A stretch of DNA of 47,324 nucleotides from Candidatus Nealsonbacteria bacterium (GCA_011050465.1 DRFQ01000001.1:180860-228183); one strand, 5' to 3'; numbered from the stretch's first letter, positions 7,907 through 16,764 are shown. The notes: generated by a model from the sequence alone, not told the origin. Program-made: numbers and translations.

Positions 7907-10457
7907 TGTTACTAGTCAATGATTCCATTATTTCTTCTATTATATAAGTCATACTTTCAAAAGACGAAGTCCAAATTAAGAATTGGTCAGTAACCAAGTA
8001 ACAAATTCCTAAGTCATCTTTGGTAAAAGTTTGACAACGCGAAGCTATTCCCTTGTATTTTAAGTCAACAAAATAATCTCGACTGGCAGGTTCAGTTTTT
8101 CCCAATAACCTGAAAAGTTCTTCAAAGTTTTCCTCCATATCCGCCTCCCATAATCTTAATAAATTTTCCATTGCCTCTTTTTCTGTAATGTCAATTAGAA
8201 AACCAAATCTTTTGCCTTCTTTTTGAGTCCAGATGAAAAAGATTTCATTATTCGCTGTTTTTGAATAAAAGCCATCTAAAGGTTGAATTTGAAAGGCAGA
8301 AAAAAGATCAGCAAGATTCATTAATTGGCCGTTTTTCATATCTCTAAAGACAAGCCGGGTAAACTCCCCGTTTGTCAATTTCAACGTCAAAACCTTTTCT
8401 ATAAAAGAGGAAATTTCGTTAACCTCGAAAATTTCAAAAGTTTTTGTTTCACCGATAGAAAAAGGAGAAGGAGGAATGGTAATTTCTTCGCTGGCCGGAG
8501 TTTCTTCAGGAGGAACGATTTCTTCGGGGGGAGTGATCTTTTCGGGAGGAGGCGGCTTTCTTGTCAAAAGCCAGTAACCAAAGAAAAGGCTACCAACTAA
8601 GATTACCGAAAATGTAATTAAAACCAAGAATCGGATGAAGATTTTCTCATAAGAAGAAGGTCTTTTGGGAAGAGGCTTTAAGATTACAGAGGGTTCTCTT
8701 GCCGTTTTTATAGGTTCTTTTCCAATAGGCTCAGCCATTTTTTCTTTTCCAGCATCAATTCTTTCTAGAAATTCTCTTCTCTGCTTTTCGTCTGTTCTTC
8801 TCATTTCATCGGTTCTAATTTTTTTTCTAATTTTTCCACTTTCTTCTTTCTTAGGGATGGGTACAAATTTTTCTTCTTTTTCTTCTTTCGCCTCTTTTTC
8901 CTTTTTGAAAGATATTATTATTTTTTTGATTGGTTCTATTATCGATTTCTTTTCTTTTCTTTCCGGTTGAACAAGGGGTGGTATAAGTTTTTCTTCCGCC
9001 AGTTCTATTGCCGGTCTTCTCTCTTTTCCCGTTTCTTTCTTAGGGATGGGTACAAATTTTTCTTCTTTTTCTAGTCCCGTAGATTTAGTTCCATTTCTTA
9101 TTTTCTCTAATCTTTCTTGAGCTTTTTTGATAAGTTCTTCATCAGCTAATTCTTCTTTGGGTGATCCATTTTTTCTTTCTTTTGCCTTTTCTTTCGAGGT
9201 TTCTTCTTGTTCTGGAGGCTTTTCTTCTTTTCCTGAAACCATTTTTCGCCCCTCTTCTATTAAAATATTTTCAATTTCTTTTATTCTTTCTTTGATACGT
9301 TCTCCTTTATTTTTAATTCTTTGGTGCTTCAAGCTAGCTTCTTTTATCTGAAGGTCTATCTTGCTCTTTTTTTCTTCTATGTTCCACCTTTCTTTTTCTA
9401 TTTCTGTTCTTTCTTTTTCTGCCCCCCATCTTCCTTTCTCGATTTCCTTTCGTTCTTCTACCGAAGGAGACTTAGCTTCTCTTTCTTCAACAATTCTTAT
9501 TTCTTCTTCAATAGATTTTTCATCTCGGGCAATGTTGGCTAACTTCTCTTCCATTTTTTTTCTCCTTTCCGAAAGTCCGTCCAATTCTTCTTCTAAGGGT
9601 GTTTTTTCTTTCTGGATTCCCGCTAGTTCTTCTTCTAATTTAGTTTTCTCTTCCTCCAGAGCCATTTCTTTTTCTCTTTGAATAATCTCTTCCTGTCTTT
9701 TCTGCAGTTTTTTTTCTTCTAAAAAAATTATCTTTATTTCATTTTCTGTTGCTTTTATTTCCGTGTTTGTTTTCTCAATTGCTTCTTCTTCTGCCCATTT
9801 TCTTTCCTCAATTTTCTGCCTTTCCTGTTCAACCTGCCATCTTGTTTGTTCAGCTTCTCTCCTTTTCTCGGGCGTGGCTGCCTTCCTTTCTTTTATCTCT
9901 ATTTCTTTTTTTCTTCCTTCAATTTTCCTCTCCTGTTCCAAAATAGGCTGAAGACCTGATTTCAATTGTTCAATTTTCTCTAAAAAGTCCTTTTTTTCAT
10001 TTTGAAGAGGCCCTTTCTTTAGGGGGAGTTCTTGAAGCGAAACTTCAATTTGAGTTTTTTCCTTTTCTAAATTCTGTCTTTCTTTTTCTCGGGATAATAT
10101 TTTTTCTTTAATTGCTTTTTTCCTCTCTGTTTCTTCTTTCTCTCTTCTCTCTTTTTCTTCAAGCCATTTTCTTTCAATTTCTTCAACTAACTTTTTTTCT
10201 TCCTCTTCTTCTCTTTCTCGAACTCCTTCCCTTCTTGTTTTTATTTCTTCTTTAGGGCGTTCCTCTTTTTTTACTATTTCTTTCGCCTCTTTTCCCTTTT
10301 CTTTTTTTATCTCTATTCCGGTTTTTAGGACTGATACCCTCTCTCTTTCTTCTTTTGCTTGTTTTTCTTTTAGTCTTAAAAGATCTTTCTCCATGGTCCT
10401 AATATCTTCTCTTCGTAAAAATTCCTTTTTTTCTTTTTTATTTGATTTCTCCGGCAT
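7899..10457 (-). CDS. Large E/K-rich coiled-coil membrane protein (hypothetical)
   Basis: 852 aa. About 600 aa of low-complexity E/K/R repeats (EEKFVPIPKKE occurs twice), one TM helix (FLVLITFSVILVGSLFFGYWLL), a PPEE linker and a globular C-terminal domain. Confidence 0.7.
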   Translation of the reverse strand: MPEKSNKKEKKEFLRREDIRTMEKDLLRLKEKQAKEERERVSVLKTGIEIKKEKGKEAKEIVKKEERPKEEIKTRREGVREREEEEEKKLVEEIERKWLEEKERREKEETERKKAIKEKILSREKERQNLEKEKTQIEVSLQELPLKKGPLQNEKKDFLEKIEQLKSGLQPILEQERKIEGRKKEIEIKERKAATPEKRREAEQTRWQVEQERQKIEERKWAEEEAIEKTNTEIKATENEIKIIFLEEKKLQKRQEEIIQREKEMALEEEKTKLEEELAGIQKEKTPLEEELDGLSERRKKMEEKLANIARDEKSIEEEIRIVEEREAKSPSVEERKEIEKGRWGAEKERTEIEKERWNIEEKKSKIDLQIKEASLKHQRIKNKGERIKERIKEIENILIEEGRKMVSGKEEKPPEQEETSKEKAKERKNGSPKEELADEELIKKAQERLEKIRNGTKSTGLEKEEKFVPIPKKETGKERRPAIELAEEKLIPPLVQPERKEKKSIIEPIKKIIISFKKEKEAKEEKEEKFVPIPKKEESGKIRKKIRTDEMRRTDEKQRREFLERIDAGKEKMAEPIGKEPIKTAREPSVILKPLPKRPSSYEKIFIRFLVLITFSVILVGSLFFGYWLLTRKPPPPEKITPPEEIVPPEETPASEEITIPPSPFSIGETKTFEIFEVNEISSFIEKVLTLKLTNGEFTRLVFRDMKNGQLMNLADLFSAFQIQPLDGFYSKTANNEIFFIWTQKEGKRFGFLIDITEKEAMENLLRLWEADMEENFEELFRLLGKTEPASRDYFVDLKYKGIASRCQTFTKDDLGICYLVTDQFLIWTSSFESMTYIIEEIMESLTSNNG

Positions 10458-10462
10458 TTCAC

Positions 10463-12586
10463 TTAGTTTTTCTTAGACGCGGCCTGGCCATTGGCATCTT
10501 CAAGAGATAGGCCTATTTTCCCTTGCTCGTCGATGTTAATCACCTTAACCGGTAAAATATCGCCTATCTTTATCAATTCCTCAAGGTTGTTTACCCGCCA
10601 CGGTCTAAACCGAGAAATATGAATTAAACCCTCTTGACCAGGTAAAATTTCAACAAAAGCTCCAAAATTAACTATTTTTTTGACTTTTCCTTGAAAAACT
10701 TCACCAACTTTTACCTCTCTAGTTATATCCTTTATTCGGTCAACTGCTTTTTTAGCCGACTCTTCAGAGTCAGAGGTAACAAAGATTAAACCAGTTGGCT
10801 GGATATCAATTGCTGCCCCAGTATCAGCGATTATTTCGTTAATTATTTTTCCTCCTGGCCCCACCACGTCTCGAATTCTTTCTGGGTTAATTTGCAAGCT
10901 TAAAATTCTGGGAGCAAAAGAAGAAAGTTCTGGCCGAGGGTAAGGCAAAACTTTCGTCATTTTGTCTAGTATTTGGAGTCGAGCCTTTTTCGCCCGTTCC
11001 AGAGCCTCTTTAAATATTTTTTCCGTGATTCCTTTAATTTTAACATCCATTTGAATTATCGTTACCCCTTTTTTGGTTCCCGCCATCTTAAAATCCATTT
11101 CACCGTGAAAATCTTCTGGTCCTTGAATATCAGTCAGAATCTTATAACGGCCATTTTTATCTGTCATTAATCCGAGAGCAATACCAGCTGCTGGTCTTTT
11201 GATTGGCACTCCTGCATCCATTAAAGCCAGAGAAGAAGCAGAGACCGAAGCCATGCTGGTGGAACCGTTTGAAGAAAGAATTTCCGAAACCACTCTTATT
11301 GTGTAAGGGAATTCATCAAAGCCAGGGATTAAAGGTAAAAGAGATTTTTCCACCAATGCCCCGTGGCCAATGTCTCTTCTGCCCGGCCCTCTCATCGGTC
11401 TAATTTCTCCAACCGAATAGGGAGGAAAGTTATAATGATGCATAAACCTCTTTTTTCCAACAATTTCCATTCCTTCTAGTAATTGTTGGTCCTCGGGCGC
11501 TCCCAAGGTCAAGATAGATAAAGCCTTGGTTTGGCCTCGGCAGAAAAGAGCCGAACCATGAGTTCTAGGCAATAACCCAACTTCTATTGTAATTTCCCTT
11601 ATTTCATCTAGAGATCTGTCATCTGGTCTTTTTCCTTTCTGGAGAACATTTTGATGCATTAATTTTCCAATTTCTTTTTCAAAAAAATCTTTGGCATATT
11701 TTATTTTATCCTGATCAGAATATTTTTCTTCAACAAAACAAGAAAGATCTTTTCTGGTTTTATTCACGTTCTCCGTCCTTTCTGTCTTTTCTTCCTGGAA
11801 AAGAGCTTTTTCTAACTTATTACCTAAAAATTTATTGATTTCTTTTTCTAGCTCTAAATCAGGCATCGGAACTGAAAAAGTAATCTTTTCTTTGCCGATT
11901 TTTTTTCTAATTTCTTCTTGAAAATCAACAAGTTTTTTTAAATCAGCCAAGGCTGACTTGAAAGATTTTAAAATTAAATCTTCTTCTATTTCTTCAAAAC
12001 TGCCTTCAATCATGTTAATCAAAAACTCTTTCCCGGTTTTTCCTCCGGTAAGAATCAAATCCATTGGGCTCCCCCCCCTTTCTTCATAAGTAGGATTTAA
12101 AAGAAATTTGTCATTGATTTGACTTATCCTGACTGCCCCAATTGGGCCTGACCAGGGAATGTCGGATATTGAGAGAGCAACAGAAGCTGCAAGTAAGCCC
12201 AAAATATCTGGATCGTTCTGGCCATCCCAGGATAAAACAGTAACAACTATCTGAACCTCCCGGTTTAAGTGCTTAGGGAATAAAGGCCGAATAGTCCTGT
12301 CAATTAACCTGGCGTTACAAATTGCCTCGTCAGAGGGCCGACTTTCTCTTTTAATGTAGCGAGGACCTTTAATTTTACCGGCCGCATAATACCTTTCTTC
12401 ATAATCAACAATTAAAGGGAAAAAACCCAATCCTTCCTTTTCTTCTTTCGACATTACTGCCGTTACAAGAACCAAGGTATCTCCGCAACGAACCAAAACA
12501 TCGGCGTTGGCTTGTTCGGCTAAATGCCGAATTTCTACCTTAAGTTTTCGGTTACCAAATTCTGTTTGAAAAGTATAATTTTGCAT
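10463..12586 (-). CDS. pnp: Polyribonucleotide nucleotidyltransferase (PNPase)
   Basis: Two RNase PH domains, then KH and S1 domains. Start set at MQNYTFQ (ATG at 12586), one nt after the stop of the upstream gene. Confidence 0.92.
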   Translation of the reverse strand: MQNYTFQTEFGNRKLKVEIRHLAEQANADVLVRCGDTLVLVTAVMSKEEKEGLGFFPLIVDYEERYYAAGKIKGPRYIKRESRPSDEAICNARLIDRTIRPLFPKHLNREVQIVVTVLSWDGQNDPDILGLLAASVALSISDIPWSGPIGAVRISQINDKFLLNPTYEERGGSPMDLILTGGKTGKEFLINMIEGSFEEIEEDLILKSFKSALADLKKLVDFQEEIRKKIGKEKITFSVPMPDLELEKEINKFLGNKLEKALFQEEKTERTENVNKTRKDLSCFVEEKYSDQDKIKYAKDFFEKEIGKLMHQNVLQKGKRPDDRSLDEIREITIEVGLLPRTHGSALFCRGQTKALSILTLGAPEDQQLLEGMEIVGKKRFMHHYNFPPYSVGEIRPMRGPGRRDIGHGALVEKSLLPLIPGFDEFPYTIRVVSEILSSNGSTSMASVSASSLALMDAGVPIKRPAAGIALGLMTDKNGRYKILTDIQGPEDFHGEMDFKMAGTKKGVTIIQMDVKIKGITEKIFKEALERAKKARLQILDKMTKVLPYPRPELSSFAPRILSLQINPERIRDVVGPGGKIINEIIADTGAAIDIQPTGLIFVTSDSEESAKKAVDRIKDITREVKVGEVFQGKVKKIVNFGAFVEILPGQEGLIHISRFRPWRVNNLEELIKIGDILPVKVINIDEQGKIGLSLEDANGQAASKKN

Positions 12587-12587
12587 T

Positions 12588-13094
12588 CTATTTTTTAAAA
12601 AGATATTTATCTGGATTTTTGTCCAAATCAATAAATTCGTCAGCTACTTCTTTTAATTGCCCTGAAGCCGATCTGCCAAAAGCAATGACCTCTACTCTTT
12701 TGCCCTGATTCTTTAAATATTCCACCAAAGCAATAAAATCTCCGTCACCGGAAACTAAAACTATTACATCAACCGAAGGAGATGTTCTAATGGCATCAAT
12801 GACAATTCCGACATCCCAGTCCGCTTTCTTTGCTCCCCCAAAAAATTCTTGCAAATCTCTGATTCTCGTCTCAATACCTAATTTGGTTAAGGCTTCAAAA
12901 AACGGTTTTTCCTCTCCAGTTTTTGTCCTAACAACATAGCCAAAAGCCCTGATTAGTTTTCTTTGGCTAACGGCTGTCTTTAGTATTTCTTGAAAGTTAA
13001 CTCTGGCTCGGTAAAGATTTTTAGCCGAATGATAAAGATTCTGAGCATCAATGAAAATACTTACTCTTTGTTCTTTGTGTTTCATCGCTTTCAT
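12588..13094 (-). CDS. NYN-domain (LabA/DUF88-like) predicted RNase
   Basis: IFIDAQNLYHS..., DVGIVIDA, VLVSGDGDFIALVEYLKNQGKRVEVIAFG. Confidence 0.8.
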   Translation of the reverse strand: MKAMKHKEQRVSIFIDAQNLYHSAKNLYRARVNFQEILKTAVSQRKLIRAFGYVVRTKTGEEKPFFEALTKLGIETRIRDLQEFFGGAKKADWDVGIVIDAIRTSPSVDVIVLVSGDGDFIALVEYLKNQGKRVEVIAFGRSASGQLKEVADEFIDLDKNPDKYLFKK

Positions 13095-13360
13095 TATTTC
13101 TTAAGCCCCATTTTTTTTAAGATATTCTTATATCTTCTTGTACTTTCTTTTTTTAAATAACCTAAAAGGCTTTTTCTTTTAGCCACCATTTTCAAAAGGC
13201 CCCTCCTGGAATGGATATCTTTAGGATGTTTCTTTAAGTGCAAAAGCAGCTGTTTAATTTCTTCGGACAACAAAGCAATCTGAACTTCGGGTGAACCGGT
13301 ATCTACTCCGTGGAGCTTGTGTCTTGATATAATTTTTTCTTTTTCTTTGGGAGTTAACAT
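13094..13360 (-). CDS. rpsO: 30S ribosomal protein S15
   Basis: 88 aa with GSPEVQIALLSEEIKQLLLHLKKHPKDIHSRRGLLKMVAKRKSLLGYL. Confidence 0.92.
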   Translation of the reverse strand: MLTPKEKEKIISRHKLHGVDTGSPEVQIALLSEEIKQLLLHLKKHPKDIHSRRGLLKMVAKRKSLLGYLKKESTRRYKNILKKMGLKK

Positions 13361-13465
13361 AAACTCTTTCTCTTTTTATTGATTAAACCTGTCTTTTTCA
13401 ATTATAGACCTTTTTAGTCAAAAACAAAAGGCGGCCTTAACCCACCTTGAATTTTTGTATTCATG

Positions 13466-13538
13466 TGCACCCAGCAGGAATTGAACCTGCAACCTTGGGC
13501 TTAAGAGGCCCCTGCTCTACCTGTTGAGCTATGGGTGC
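13466..13538 (-). tRNA. tRNA-Lys (anticodon CTT)
   Basis: Hand-folded cloverleaf: GCACCCA/TGGGTGC acceptor, anticodon loop CTCTTAA, T-loop TTCAATT. No encoded CCA. Confidence 0.9.
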
Positions 13539-13556
13539 TGCTTTATGGATTCTGTT

Positions 13557-14027
13557 TTAAGTGTGAGTAATCTCGCAATCTATTATGAACCATCCTGTTG
13601 ATAGGCCCGTCCAATCAGCCACTCCAATGATCACAAGAAACATGTTCACAATTATCCAAGCGGCATAAATAATTATTAATCCAACAATCACAGAGGTAAT
13701 TACTGACTTTGCCTGAGTTAAAGCTCCAGGATTTCCGGCGGCGAGAAAGAACATTATTCCGCCAATAACCAGCATTAAAACGGCAACTATCGGAACCAGG
13801 GTAAACATAATAAAATCAACAATCCGGTCAAACATAATAAAAAAGTGACAAAGCTGACAAGGCTGGGATTCATCAATACCGCCAGTACTAGGATCGTCGC
13901 AATCTCTGCCGCAAGGAACTAATCCTCCTTCGGGACATCCAATTTGAGCCTGGACTTCTTGGGGAATTAACGAAAAAAAGGCGATTGGGAATGAAAGAAT
14001 TAAAATTACTAAAATTATTTTCTTCAT
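13557..14027 (-). CDS. Small secreted/membrane protein resembling CPR T4SS-pilin (TrbC/VirB2-like) proteins
   Basis: Signal peptide, Cys-rich segment (CPEGGLVPCGRDC...CQLC) and two TM helices. Start trimmed to MKKIILV because the longer ORF runs into tRNA-Arg. Confidence 0.55.
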   Translation of the reverse strand: MKKIILVILILSFPIAFFSLIPQEVQAQIGCPEGGLVPCGRDCDDPSTGGIDESQPCQLCHFFIMFDRIVDFIMFTLVPIVAVLMLVIGGIMFFLAAGNPGALTQAKSVITSVIVGLIIIYAAWIIVNMFLVIIGVADWTGLSTGWFIIDCEITHT

Positions 14028-14084
14028 GTTTAAAAAAAATTTATACCTTCGGCATGATTCACCCCGCACTATTTTTAAACTCTG

Positions 14085-14156
14085 TGTCCCTGGAGGGATT
14101 CGAACCCCCAACAACAGTTCCGAAGACTGTTGTGATATCCATTTCACCACAGGGAC
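14085..14156 (-). tRNA. tRNA-Arg (anticodon TCG)
   Basis: GTCCCTG/CAGGGAC acceptor, anticodon loop CTTCGGA, T-loop TTCGAAT. Confidence 0.9.
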
Positions 14157-14396
14157 AAAAAGTACGGGGTAAAAACCTTAATGATACTTGCCCCGCACCA
14201 AGTTTTGTTCCGATGTGCGGTTGCATTATACTACGAGGGCGTCTTTATTTTATCAAAATCATTGTCCTTCGGCAAGCTCAGGACAATCGTTCGACTGAGC
14301 TCACGACTCGAAGTCCTGAGTTAATCGAACGGATTGAAAAAAACAAGCTTTTGAATTAAGATTAAATTGTTGACATATGAGTTTAATGTAAATTAT

Positions 14397-15845
14397 ATGA
14401 AGATTCCAAAAGAAGTAAAATTTATTATTGATCAATTGAACAAAAGAGATTTCGAAGGTTATATTGTTGGGGGGTGTGTCCGGGATTTGCTTAGGAAAGC
14501 AGAACCTGAAGACTGGGACATAGCTACCAACGCTAAACCAAAAGAAATTAGCAAGGTTTTTTCAAAGAGTTTCGCTGATAACAAATTTGGAACAGTCACA
14601 GTCTTAACCGGATCTGAAAACCCGAAATTAAAGGAAATTGAAATTACTCCCTATAGAATTGATGAAAAATATACCGATAAAAGACATCCAGACTCCGTAA
14701 AATGGGCAAGGGGCATCAAAGAAGATTTGGCCAGACGAGATTTCACGGTTAACGCAATGGCCTTAAGCCAGAAAGCAGAAATTATAGATCCATTTGGCGG
14801 CCAGGAAGATCTTAAAAACAAGACGATTCGGACAGTCGGAAATCCTCAAGACAGATTTTTTGAAGATTCCTTGCGAATGATGAGGGCAGCAAGATTCGCC
14901 ACTACCCTGAATTTTAAAATTGAAAAGAAAGCCGCTCAGGCTATTCAGAAAAATGCCCCCTGGATCAGGGCTATTTCTAAAGAGAGAATTCGAGACGAGC
15001 TAATGAAAATTATTATGGCCCAGGAAGCTTCGAAAGGTATTGAGTTATTAAGGGAATTAAAGCTTTTAAAATATATTTTGCCAGAATTAGAAGAAGGATA
15101 CAGGGTATCTCAAAATAAGCATCATATCTATGACTGCTATGAGCATTCTATCTTTTCTTTGAAATATGCAGCAAAGAAAAATTTCAATAAATATGTTAGG
15201 CTAGCCGCTTTATTCCATGATATCGCTAAACCCCGGGTTAAAGAAGGAGAGGGACCTGATGCTACCTTCTATAGCCATGAAATTTTTGGGGCTAAAATGA
15301 CAGCTCAAATTTTAAACCGCCTGAAATTTTCCAAGAAAGAAATTGAAAAAATCAGTAAGCTCGTTAGATATCATCTTTTTTATTATAATGTTGACGAAGT
15401 TTCAGAAAGTTCAGTCAGAAGATTAGTTCGTCAAGTAGGACTCGAAAATATGGACGAATTGCTTCAGGTGAGAATGGCAGATAGAATAGGATCTGGCGTT
15501 CCCAAGGCTGAGCCTTATAAACTCCGCCATTTGAGGTATGTGATAGAGAAAGTTTCCCAAGACCCAATTGCAACCAGAACGTTAAAAGTTAACGGCAATG
15601 ATGTAATGAAGATTTTAGGATCAAAACCGGGACCCAAGATAGGTCAGATGCTCGATATTCTTTTAAGTTATGTTTTAGATGATCCCAAGAAAAATAAAAG
15701 AGAATTTTTAGAAAAAGAAACTAGAAAATTGGGTAAATTATCAGAAAAAAAACTGAAAAACTTAGCCCAAAAAGCTCGGGAAGAAAGAGAGAAGTTGGAA
15801 ATGAAAAGAGATAAAATGACCAAAAAGAAATATTGGGTGACTTAG
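14397..15845 (+). CDS. cca: CCA-adding tRNA nucleotidyltransferase (PolyA-pol head + HD domain)
   Basis: YIVGGCVRDLL, DWDIAT, RDFTVNAM, and the HD motif FHDIAKP. Start set at MKIPKEV. Confidence 0.88.
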   Translation: MKIPKEVKFIIDQLNKRDFEGYIVGGCVRDLLRKAEPEDWDIATNAKPKEISKVFSKSFADNKFGTVTVLTGSENPKLKEIEITPYRIDEKYTDKRHPDSVKWARGIKEDLARRDFTVNAMALSQKAEIIDPFGGQEDLKNKTIRTVGNPQDRFFEDSLRMMRAARFATTLNFKIEKKAAQAIQKNAPWIRAISKERIRDELMKIIMAQEASKGIELLRELKLLKYILPELEEGYRVSQNKHHIYDCYEHSIFSLKYAAKKNFNKYVRLAALFHDIAKPRVKEGEGPDATFYSHEIFGAKMTAQILNRLKFSKKEIEKISKLVRYHLFYYNVDEVSESSVRRLVRQVGLENMDELLQVRMADRIGSGVPKAEPYKLRHLRYVIEKVSQDPIATRTLKVNGNDVMKILGSKPGPKIGQMLDILLSYVLDDPKKNKREFLEKETRKLGKLSEKKLKNLAQKAREEREKLEMKRDKMTKKKYWVT

Positions 15846-15854
15846 TTCGGGAAC

Positions 15855-15906
15855 GCAATTAAGCAAACCAGTCGCTTCGCTTCTTGTAATTGCAGAGCAA
15901 TTAAGT
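15855..15906 (-). repeat. Copy of the 47-49-bp intergenic repeat (inverted orientation)
   Basis: GCAAACCAGTCGCTTCGCTTCTTGTAATTGCAGAGCAATTAAG matches the reverse complement of the 25196 unit. Confidence 0.75.
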
Positions 15907-15972
15907 AAGACACGCTCTGCTTTCCAGCGAGAAGCAAGCTCATTTCTTCGCGAGTTGCCCCGCACTAAAATT

Positions 15973-16046
15973 CGGAGCGTAGCGTAGCAGCCTAACGCGC
16001 CGCGTTCGGGACGCGGAGATCGCCGGTGCGAATCCGGCCGCTCCGA
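15973..16046 (+). tRNA. tRNA-Pro (anticodon CGG), atypical D/T loops
   Basis: C1:G72 acceptor CGGAGCG/CGCTCCG, anticodon loop TTCGGGA. T-loop is TGCGAAT and the D-loop AGCAGCCTA lacks GG. Confidence 0.85.
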
Positions 16047-16110
16047 TAAAAATCCATTTTACATTTCGAATTTTTAATTTCGGATTTAAACCCAGTCGTG
16101 CTGGACGTAT

Positions 16111-16184
16111 GGGCCTGTAGTTTAACGGCAAAATACCTCATTCGCATTGAGGAGATGGCAGTTCGATTCTGCCCAGGTCCACCA
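16111..16184 (+). tRNA. tRNA-Ala (anticodon CGC), CCA encoded
   Basis: G3:U70 in the acceptor GGGCCTG/CAGGTCC, anticodon loop TTCGCAT, ends ACCA. Confidence 0.9.
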
Positions 16185-16333
16185 CTTCGCCCCGCTAAGC
16201 CGCGGGGCTTCGCGTAGCTTTAGCGAAGGGTGCCAAGCACAGATATAAGAGCGAAGAAGTGTCCTCCGAAGCCCTCTTGTCCTCCGTAGCTTTATGCGAA
16301 GGAGGAGGCGGAGAAGGGCACCAGTTTTTAAAT

Positions 16334-16723
16334 ATGGGTTTTTCAACGAAAAAATTGGGAGATTTGGGAGAGAAAATCGCCATTGATTATTTGAAAACCA
16401 AAGGCTACCAAATTTTAGCTGAAAATTATATTCCCAGATGGGCTTCATTCGACAGAAAAGAAATTGACATTGTGGCTAAAAAAGCAGATACAATTATTTT
16501 TTTTGAAGTAAAAACCCTTCGGCAGGTTCAGGGCAAGCAATTTTTGCCAGAAGATAAAGTTAATTTTTTAAAACAAAAAAAGATAAAAAAAGCAGCTGAA
16601 AGTTTTCTTTTAGAAAAGAAAATTCCCTTAGACACAAAATGGCAGATTGATATAATTTCAATAAGAATTAATCCCATTTTAAAAAAAGCCAAAATTCGTC
16701 ATCTCCAAAATACGGTTAGCTAA
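16334..16723 (+). CDS. yraN: YraN-family (UPF0102) endonuclease-like protein
   Basis: GEKIAIDYLKTKGYQILAENY....EIDIVAKK...IIFFEVKT. Start set at MGFSTKK. Confidence 0.8.
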   Translation: MGFSTKKLGDLGEKIAIDYLKTKGYQILAENYIPRWASFDRKEIDIVAKKADTIIFFEVKTLRQVQGKQFLPEDKVNFLKQKKIKKAAESFLLEKKIPLDTKWQIDIISIRINPILKKAKIRHLQNTVS

Positions 16724-16736
16724 ACCTTAATTTTTC

Positions 16737-16764
16737 TTGACAAATTTTTTATTGGTGATATAAT
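16737..16764 (+). promoter_or_regulatory. Near-consensus promoter TTGACA-16-(TGA)TATAAT
   Basis: TTGACA at 16737-16742 and an extended -10 TGATATAAT ending at 16764. Confidence 0.6.

Noticed and set aside
8325-9951. Multiple 62-106-aa plus-strand ORFs antisense to the E/K-rich gene
   Set aside because: They are the reverse complement of GAA/AAA-rich repeats, which gives F/S/L-rich stop-poor frames. This is a composition artefact.
13985-14359. 124-aa plus-strand ORF, and the 41-aa N-terminal extension (14028-14150) of the 13557 gene
   Set aside because: Both overlap tRNA-Arg(TCG). The membrane protein has a natural signal-peptide start at MKKIILV (14027).
14369-14396. TTGACA at 14369 as a promoter for cca
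   Set aside because: No acceptable -10 box lies at 16-18 nt spacing that would still leave room for a transcript start before the ATG at 14397. Left unannotated.
15762-16448. ORFs 15762-15965, 15940-16131, 16122-16448, 16195-16383, and the 25-aa extension of the yraN ORF from 16259
   Set aside because: They cover the intergenic repeat, tRNA-Pro, tRNA-Ala and the structured spacer. The YraN homology begins at MGFSTKK.
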